From an uncultured virus (IMG/VR IMGVR_UViG_2061766007_000920) (Duplodnaviria; Heunggongvirae; Uroviricota; Caudoviricetes), in IMG/VR virus record IMGVR_UViG_2061766007_000920: a stretch of 59,769 nucleotides of DNA; one strand, 5' to 3'. How positions within the stretch are numbered: the stretch's first letter is position 1; every line of letters starts with the position of its first letter. Below are positions 1-6,205 of the stretch, in pieces. The notes beneath the pieces are model-generated. The model saw only the letters and a list, made by a program, of their open reading frames with translations. It made no database searches and was not told the origin of the DNA. Both the position numbers and the translations under genes were made by a program.

Positions 1-566
1 TAATAGCTTCATCAATTGTCATTCCCATCTTCTATAACTCCTTATCTGCAATACCTACAGTGAATTGTCCATATCCTATCTGTATTGTTAAATGGACAAC
101 TCCGCAACAAGCAACATCTGCACGGTCTCTACCAATTCTTATATTTAATCCGCAAAAATCTTCATTTATTATCCATGCTATAAAGAATCTCCCAAAGGTT
201 CTGCTCCAATCAAAGTCATTCATGTTTATACTCCTTTAGCTTTCCATATTATCAAAAATGTCTGCAACTAATTGAATTGCATCTTCCTGTGCCTTATCAT
301 CTTGATAAATATATTCACTTCCACATTCTTCTGCCAATGGGTGTTTTTCTACATATCCTGCTATAAGTGCTTTAATTTCTTCCATATCGTAAATCATTCC
401 TTGTCCTCACTTTCTCTCTTTAACTCTCTGCATTGAACTTTATCCCACTCTTGGCAAAATGAACTATCATTTGAATTATCAAACTCAAATTTAGCTCCTT
501 CAATAGCTTCTTCTTTATTATTTGCCATTTCTGTATACTCTTTTATCAACTTGACTTTATATGTTT

Positions 567-911
567 TCATGCGTTCTCGCTTTCTGCTTTGTATTTGTCG
601 ATAATCTGCATAGCTACTTCCAATCCACTTGCAAGCGCATTTTTGACAATTCTAGTATCTTTATCTATAAATCTTGCCTTATCTATCTCTGCTCTTATCT
701 TGTCCAACACTTCCCGTTCAATGTATTTCTGCTTAATAACGGAATATAGGTCTATTTCTACCATTGGTTTGTCCTGCTCTTGCTCTAATGCTTTGATGAT
801 TTTCTCGCAATTATCAGCGTCTATAACATCCATTACGCCATGGATGTTATATGCTAGTCTGCGCAACATTTCTATTGTTCCGACACAACTTTTAATTTCT
901 TTATTTGTCAT
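567..911 (-). CDS. small modular phage protein (MT..E / IKALEQE / LDKIRAEI / YKAESE modules)
   Basis: 114-aa ORF on the coding strand of this arm, RBS GGAGGTG, peptide modules shared with paralogous ORFs in both arms. Confidence 0.75.
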   Translation of the reverse strand: MTNKEIKSCVGTIEMLRRLAYNIHGVMDVIDADNCEKIIKALEQEQDKPMVEIDLYSVIKQKYIEREVLDKIRAEIDKARFIDKDTRIVKNALASGLEVAMQIIDKYKAESENA

Positions 912-1061
912 TCTTTCACCTCCGTTGGTTTGTAGCTTTTCGGCACATCATGATTATCAAAAACATATCCATCACATTTATCTGCATCAATAGGTGTCAT
1001 AGTTTTCCTATAGTAGCACCCATGTCCATACCCTTCAAAATATTCCCACTCTGTACATTCT

Positions 1062-1511
1062 TCACATTTTTTTGCCATCTTCCCGCCGTCTCCTATTAAT
1101 TACTGCGTACTTTCTTATTTCCTCTATACATTCTTTATTTAGTCGAATTTCTCTTTCACAATCGGGGAACAAAGCCTTTATCAAATTCTCCATAAGGTTA
1201 AGACTTTTCCTCTTGCCCTGTGCCGTGTTCCGCAAGAAGTCAATATATCCAATAAGATTTCCGATTTTCTCCTCTAAGTCCTCTTTTGCCTGTATCTCTC
1301 GCTCTTGGCTATCTCTTTCTTCCTCTAACATATCGCCTATAAGTGCTTTAGCATAATAAAAGCCTTCAATAAAGCTAGAATTTATATCAATTTTGTCAAC
1401 GTCCTCATATTTGTACTTTTCTAAATAGTCTAAGATTATCCTTTTTGACCGTTTCGGAAGTTGAGGCGAAACTAACCGTAAATCTCCTAAATCAAAAAGC
1501 GCTAATTTCAT
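1062..1511 (-). CDS. hypothetical phage protein
   Basis: 149-aa ORF overlapping its upstream neighbour by ATGA. Confidence 0.7.
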   Translation of the reverse strand: MKLALFDLGDLRLVSPQLPKRSKRIILDYLEKYKYEDVDKIDINSSFIEGFYYAKALIGDMLEEERDSQEREIQAKEDLEEKIGNLIGYIDFLRNTAQGKRKSLNLMENLIKALFPDCEREIRLNKECIEEIRKYAVINRRRREDGKKM

Positions 1512-1864
1512 TCCTTACCCTCACTTTCTGCCTTGTATGGCTGTGGTAACGGCATCCAAGCGACTACATCCTGCCGAGCAAACCAATTCTTATCACTATA
1601 CCAACAAGTTTTTGAGTATCTTCTATTATGCTCGTTTTTTACGCTAACAAGATATAACCCTTCTTTCTTGGGCAATCTCTTAGTAACAGGAATCCAAGTC
1701 GAACTCTCTAGCCCTTTGATTGCAAGGCTTAGAATTTCGTCAAAATCTCTCCCAAATTCAGCCTTATCCTGTTCGCCCATTCCCTCGAAGTTCTCTTCGA
1801 GTAGTTTTTTTTGTACAAATGGTTTTACAATTTTAGTAAAATCCTCAATTAGCTCTCTTGTCAT
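1508..1864 (-). CDS. DUF551-like protein
   Basis: WIPVTKRLP...YLV...VVAWMPLPQPY signature; start moved to MTRELI, which follows an RBS and overlaps the upstream stop. Confidence 0.75.
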   Translation of the reverse strand: MTRELIEDFTKIVKPFVQKKLLEENFEGMGEQDKAEFGRDFDEILSLAIKGLESSTWIPVTKRLPKKEGLYLVSVKNEHNRRYSKTCWYSDKNWFARQDVVAWMPLPQPYKAESEGKE

Positions 1865-2322
1865 TCCTCGCCCTCCCTCATATCTGCACCGCAATTCGGG
1901 CAAAAATCACTTTTTATTGCGTGTTTCGGAGAATTGCCGCATCTTGAACACCTAGCCGCAATCACAGTTCCGTTTTTATTTTTTATATCTATCCAATGCC
2001 CTTCCCTTGGCGGTTTCCTTAATAATCGGCTATTTATTTCGGTCATTACTTTGTTATACATCTTTGCATCAACTATGCACCCGCCGTCACAGCCCGTATC
2101 GCTCTTGATTGTATTGGTGCACATGGCACATCTTATGCCCTCTTCTAAGGCTTCTGTGTATATAGCTTGTATTCCTGCTGTTCCTTGCTCTTGCTCTAAT
2201 GCTTTGATGTTTTCATTAAGCCAATTCACATCATTTTGAGTGAGATATGATACGGCATCATCTCCGTTATCTAGTTCAGATAGGAGACAATTAATTTCAT
2301 TGATAATCTCTTTTCTTGTCAT
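1861..2322 (-). CDS. small modular protein with C-terminal Zn ribbon
   Basis: GHWI...CSRCG...FCPNCGADM motif. Confidence 0.75.
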   Translation of the reverse strand: MTRKEIINEINCLLSELDNGDDAVSYLTQNDVNWLNENIKALEQEQGTAGIQAIYTEALEEGIRCAMCTNTIKSDTGCDGGCIVDAKMYNKVMTEINSRLLRKPPREGHWIDIKNKNGTVIAARCSRCGNSPKHAIKSDFCPNCGADMREGEE

Positions 2323-2347
2323 CCCTCATTATCCTTTCCTGCGGCTT

Positions 2348-2581
2348 TCAGTCTTGATAAAATAGGCTTCCGTATGTACCATATTGTACAAGCACTCTGC
2401 CGACATTATAGTAATGCTCGGTAGTTACAATAAGTGTTCCGTCCTTTTCAAGTACAGGCTCTTGCTTTAGTGCTTTAATTGCCGCGTTTAACGTGTCAAG
2501 CCACTCTTGCGTGTGTAAACCATCGCGCGCACAATCTTCGTATTCATCCATTAGCATTTCTATCTGTTCTCTTCTTGTCAT
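2348..2581 (-). CDS. small modular phage protein
   Basis: MTRREQI...AIKALKQEP modules. Confidence 0.7.
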   Translation of the reverse strand: MTRREQIEMLMDEYEDCARDGLHTQEWLDTLNAAIKALKQEPVLEKDGTLIVTTEHYYNVGRVLVQYGTYGSLFYQD

Positions 2582-2970
2582 TTCTTATCTCCACCCTTCA
2601 TCCTATATCTATCAATAGTCGTTAATACATCAGATAATACTTCGCAAACTATATGTTCTTTTTCATATCCTTCATCATACATCCACTTTCCCGATAGCGG
2701 GAACATGGCTTTTATTTTTACTATTATCTTGTCAAGAACCTCAATATCATATGGATTTGACAACTCGTTTAGCCCTAGAAGCCAATTTGCCGAAACATCA
2801 AAATTTTTACAAATTTTCACTATTTCATCAGACCTAAGAGGGCGTTTATTATTAATAATTTTCCAAGCAGTGTATTTCGTAACACACAACATATCCGCAA
2901 AGGACTGTTGTGTTACATTGTATTTATTAAGCAATTGTTTCAATCTGGTATCATTTCTCATTCTCATCAC
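2578..2970 (-). CDS. XRE-family HTH protein with C-terminal module
   Basis: RLKQLL...VTQQSFADMLCVT...IVKICKNFDVSANWLLG is a typical HTH_3 pattern. Confidence 0.8.
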   Translation of the reverse strand: MMRMRNDTRLKQLLNKYNVTQQSFADMLCVTKYTAWKIINNKRPLRSDEIVKICKNFDVSANWLLGLNELSNPYDIEVLDKIIVKIKAMFPLSGKWMYDEGYEKEHIVCEVLSDVLTTIDRYRMKGGDKK

Positions 2971-2983
2971 TTATCCACACCTT

Positions 2984-3190
2984 TTAACCGTAAAGCCATG
3001 TTAATAGACTAAACATAAATAATCCTGCTAAATGAAATTTTATGAAAGATTTTGTTGTCTCATCAAAATCATCCCACCCAGTTTCTTTTCCAAACGTACT
3101 TACCGTTGCATATATATCGACGATTACTAATAAAATCCACGCAATCTCAATTAATGCCAACATCACAATCCATATATACTTCATTCTCAA
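2984..3190 (-). CDS. small membrane protein (two hydrophobic segments)
   Basis: 68-aa ORF with N- and C-terminal hydrophobic stretches. Confidence 0.6.
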   Translation of the reverse strand: MRMKYIWIVMLALIEIAWILLVIVDIYATVSTFGKETGWDDFDETTKSFIKFHLAGLFMFSLLTWLYG

Positions 3191-3444
3191 ACCTCCCTAC
3201 ACATTTTATCGAAAGCCTCATTTACAGTTTTTACAAACTTTTTAGCTATCTGATAAGTGTCCTCACAAAAAAGGAATCCTCTCATACTTACTTCTTTTTT
3301 ATCATGCACTACTCCAAGTTCCTCGTCATACAAATAATTATCTCCTATTTTTATTTTAAACTCACCCGCACCGCCGTTTTTCAAAACAGTCAGATAATCA
3401 ACTAATTCGTTTACTGTCATAGGTTCACACTTTTCTAATACCAT
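3187..3444 (-). CDS. hypothetical phage protein
   Basis: 85-aa ORF with RBS AAAGGAG, downstream of promoter 3480-3508. Confidence 0.7.
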   Translation of the reverse strand: MVLEKCEPMTVNELVDYLTVLKNGGAGEFKIKIGDNYLYDEELGVVHDKKEVSMRGFLFCEDTYQIAKKFVKTVNEAFDKMCREV

Positions 3445-3479
3445 ATTTCGCTCCTTTCAAAGTCCTTTATACAAAAATA

Positions 3480-3508
3480 ATGTTACCCTAAAAGGGTAAC
3501 ATTGTCAA
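3480..3508 (-). promoter_or_regulatory. sigma-A promoter overlapped by a palindromic operator
   Basis: TTGACA-17 bp-TAACAT on - strand; inverted repeat AATGTTACCCT-AAA-AGGGTAACATT at 3479-3503. Confidence 0.7.
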
Positions 3509-3517
3509 TATTATTAT

Positions 3518-3730
3518 TTACTTTTTTCCTATAAATTCATCTACAATTATTAAAGGTTTGGATTTTTCCGCTTTATGTCTAGTTTTCACTTTCGTCTTTT
3601 TTGATTTATTTAGTTTTGCCATTTCACACATGTTCTGACTGACACTCGCGCATGGCATAACGTTGAGACCACATACAGGTATGCCACACAGCTTTACCAT
3701 ATACGGGCATCCGTCTACACTTTCTGCCAT
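3518..3730 (-). CDS. small Cys-rich hypothetical protein
   Basis: 70-aa ORF, RBS GGAGG. Confidence 0.6.
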   Translation of the reverse strand: MAESVDGCPYMVKLCGIPVCGLNVMPCASVSQNMCEMAKLNKSKKTKVKTRHKAEKSKPLIIVDEFIGKK

Positions 3731-4144
3731 AACAATACCTCCCTAATACCATACTATATCTTTACACAAAGCGTCTCTACTTCCCCTTCAATACATTCAG
3801 TAAATCTTCAAACGGAACTCTGTAAATCTTTTTCTTACCGCATTTACAGCACACCTTAATCATATAAAAAATATTATTTTTATCTATATAAACTTTCGTA
3901 TCCTCATCTCTGAATCGACAACCACCACTCAACAAACATCTTATTTTGTCCATTAATGCCTCCTGCAAAGTTCGCTTTAATATGTCTCTACTCCATTTAT
4001 AGTTACTCCGTACTCTGACGGCTTCACATACCCAAGCTGTGAAAATCTAAGGCGTGTTATATTTCATTTCTATACATGAGCATTCATGTAACACTCACGC
4101 TAATTGGGCGTTTGCTGTTTACTCTGCCCACGAGAACAGCTAAT

Positions 4145-4243
4145 CAGTGGGTAAGGATTTGCACCTTACATGTAGGGGCGCGTTCAAAGCTCGTTGCCCT
4201 ACCCTAGCATTTATCAGCGTGTCTACCTATTCCACCACCACTG
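4145..4243 (-). ncRNA. tRNA-Leu-like RNA without canonical anticodon arm (copy 1)
   Basis: CAGTGG-TG-GTGGAATAGGTAGACAC...long hairpin...AT-GTAAGG TGCAAAT CCTTAC-CCACTG; 6-bp acceptor, 6-bp T-stem. Confidence 0.75.
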
Positions 4244-4338
4244 CAACCTCTGCGCATAGCATCGGTGTTACTGTTTATACCTACTCATGGTATATCAGCT
4301 AATAAATCTTGGTTCTCAAAATAGCACTTGATAAATGA

Positions 4339-4893
4339 TTATGGAATATATTCACCATCATAATCTGTTAATACGGGATAACCCTGTTGACATACTTTAT
4401 GAAATTCATCAAGACCTTTATCTCTTATTATTTCAAGAAAATAGACAATTAACTTTTCTGTCTCTGGATGAAAATGTCTGCCTTTTCTTACTTTGTTGAA
4501 ATAATTAAGCGGTTCATCTTGTGTCCATTTTTCATTGTTATATACTTTACCTGCACCAATCCAATCACAGACCATTTCTATAACATATTTTGATGGCATT
4601 TTATTTGCAATAATACTGCCATTATCATCAAAATCTGTCCACCATTCCCAATGATGTTTATTTACACCTTTGTGATGCAACCATGCCATAGAATAACCAC
4701 AATCCTCTTTTTCTGCCTCAATAGGGCTTCTGTTTCCTTGAAAATGTTTTGCAGATGCAAAAAATTCTATAGCACTAAACTTTGATAAATCATGCATAAT
4801 ACCCTGCCATATTATGCCGCAAGATTTGCATTCTTGATATACAACCATTTTATGTTTACATATTGTTTTTAAATGTTTCCATTTTGCTCCTAT
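4339..4893 (-). CDS. DUF5662-like HD-type protein, probable ATA start
   Basis: HDLSK, RSP, AWLHHKGVNKHHWEWW and EMVCDWIGAGKVY motifs; frame open 15 codons upstream of the ATG to an ATA placed 8 nt after GGAGG. Confidence 0.7.
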   Translation of the reverse strand: MGAKWKHLKTICKHKMVVYQECKSCGIIWQGIMHDLSKFSAIEFFASAKHFQGNRSPIEAEKEDCGYSMAWLHHKGVNKHHWEWWTDFDDNGSIIANKMPSKYVIEMVCDWIGAGKVYNNEKWTQDEPLNYFNKVRKGRHFHPETEKLIVYFLEIIRDKGLDEFHKVCQQGYPVLTDYDGEYIP

Positions 4894-4925
4894 AATTACT
4901 CCCTCCTTTAAATAAGTTCGTAATA

Positions 4926-5040
4926 TGCGGGATAAGGACTTTCACCTTATCATGTACTCAGAGAACCAATAGCATCACGGAATCGAACCGTGTCTGAGTT
5001 CCTCGTATGCCCTTACTAGCGTCTATCTTCCGCCACCGCA
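4926..5040 (-). ncRNA. tRNA-like RNA (copy 2) with nested second T-arm
   Basis: TGCGG-TG-GCGGAAGATAGACGC...CACGG TTCGATT CCGTG...CAT-GATAAGG TGAAAGT CCTTATC-CCGCA. Confidence 0.75.
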
Positions 5041-5086
5041 ATACTATGAAAAGAACGATTTTATCATTCGCCTTATTAGGCTATTC

Positions 5087-5210
5087 TGCGGGAGGGATTT
5101 GAACCCTCATGTATTTTCTCTAGGACGTGTGGACTTAAAAATACTAAAGCCAATAGGACTTTCACCTATCCTTTGCTCCTACAAGTTTGCGTCTATCTTC
5201 CGCCACCGCA
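5087..5210 (-). ncRNA. tRNA-like RNA (copy 3) with nested T-loop hairpin
   Basis: TGCGG-TG-GCGGAAGATAGACGC...ATAGG TGAAAGT CCTAT...AT-GAGGG TTCAAAT CCCTC-CCGCA. Confidence 0.75.
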
Positions 5211-5215
5211 TAATT

Positions 5216-5301
5216 GCAGGTAAGGATTTACACCTTACATGATGCATTGTACCGCCATAGCGTTACCACATCTGATTAGCGTCTACTTATTCCGCCACTG
5301 C
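5216..5301 (-). ncRNA. tRNA-like RNA (copy 4), anticodon arm absent
   Basis: GCAG-TG-GCGGAATAAGTAGACGC-TAATCA-[GATG...CATC hairpin]-AT-GTAAGG TGTAAAT CCTTAC-CTGC. Confidence 0.7.
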
Positions 5302-5405
5302 TTAATTCATAATTTTGCTTCGTTTACTAAAGCAAGACCTCTCTAAAGCCGACTTTCGCTTTACAATTGTCGGGGTCTCTGTCTACACATGGTAGAAGAG
5401 TGATG

Positions 5406-5526
5406 CTGTGGATAAGGATTTGAACCCTACATGATATGATTTCCTTCTAAAACAACAGTTTCTTTTTACCACAAAGACTTGTATCATATCTTCTGTCAGA
5501 AGCGTCTACCCATTCCGCCACCACAG
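5406..5526 (-). ncRNA. tRNA-like RNA (copy 5) with large-loop variable arm
   Basis: CTGTGG-TG-GCGGAATGGGTAGACGC-TTCTGACAGAA-GATATGAT[42 nt]ATCATATC-AT-GTAGGG TTCAAAT CCTTAT-CCACAG. Confidence 0.75.
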
Positions 5527-5530
5527 AAAA

Positions 5531-5725
5531 TTATTTAATTCTCACCAATGTTCTTTTGGTATTATTGGTTACATTTTCTTTATTAAAAGCTACTATTGCT
5601 TCAATCACGTCCATAGGTTCACATCTACAGCTATGACAAACTAAATCTATTATTTTCTCTGGTTCTGACATTCCGTCGTCAAGCTTTTTATGTGTCTCTA
5701 CAATTTTTCTTTGAATCTCAGTCAT
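5531..5725 (-). CDS. hypothetical protein
   Basis: 64-aa ORF with RBS AGGAG. Confidence 0.6.
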   Translation of the reverse strand: MTEIQRKIVETHKKLDDGMSEPEKIIDLVCHSCRCEPMDVIEAIVAFNKENVTNNTKRTLVRIK

Positions 5726-5736
5726 TTTTTCTCCTA

Positions 5737-5961
5737 CTAGAAGTCACGCTTGCTCATGCCTAGCGTGTTCAAATACTCCTCAGACCAAAAGGGATAAGGC
5801 TCTAAATCACTTTCATCTCTCCTTAGTCCGTAACTTTTTATAAGCTCATCTAAATAATTCGCCACCAAATCACTCAACACTTCTGAAACATCTAGCGAAT
5901 AGATTTCACACGTCTCTTCAATTTGTCTTTTTACTGAATCTTCAACTTCTACATTACACAT
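5737..5961 (-). CDS. hypothetical protein
   Basis: 74-aa ORF with RBS AAAGGA. Confidence 0.6.
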   Translation of the reverse strand: MCNVEVEDSVKRQIEETCEIYSLDVSEVLSDLVANYLDELIKSYGLRRDESDLEPYPFWSEEYLNTLGMSKRDF

Positions 5962-5971
5962 GATGTTCCTT

Positions 5972-6160
5972 TCAGTCGATTTTTCCTTCGTATCTCAAGA
6001 CTTTTTCCATTAGCGTCAATAAATAATTCACTGGCTTTGTCGCGCCTTGCTCCCAATTTCTTATTGTCTTTCTAGGTATTCCAAGATACTCAGAAAATTC
6101 CTGTCTTGTCATTTTTGATTCTTCTCTCATTTTTCTAACATCCATAATACACTTCCTCAC
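5972..6160 (-). CDS. XRE/Cro-like HTH regulator
   Basis: MREESKMTRQEFSEYLGIPRKTIRNWEQG HTH pattern. Confidence 0.85.
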   Translation of the reverse strand: MRKCIMDVRKMREESKMTRQEFSEYLGIPRKTIRNWEQGATKPVNYLLTLMEKVLRYEGKID

Positions 6161-6170
6161 TTATAATACA

Positions 6171-6199
6171 ATATTACCCTTATTAGGCACTATTGTCAA
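6171..6199 (-). promoter_or_regulatory. sigma-A promoter with operator-like spacer
   Basis: TTGACA-ATAGTGCCTAATAAGGG(17)-TAATAT; spacer resembles that of the promoter at 3480-3508. Confidence 0.7.
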
Positions 6200-6205
6200 T
6201 TATAT

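Noticed and set aside
4105..4140. Theta (HDV-like) ribozyme after tRNA-like copy 1
   Set aside because: A pseudoknot is present, but there is no P3/L3, no GG junction and no recognisable catalytic C strand; kept only as an unclassified pseudoknot.
5463..5475. Copy 5 loop TTTGTGGTAAAAA resembling the central repeat TTTGTGGTACAAA as a guide-target pair
   Set aside because: A 12/13 match of AT-rich sequence can occur by chance in 60 kb, and I found no such match for the other inserts.
4145..5526. Calling the tRNA-like units functional tRNA-Leu genes or an attP site
   Set aside because: None has a 5-bp stem with a canonical 7-nt anticodon loop, stem lengths are non-canonical, and no integrase is in the window.
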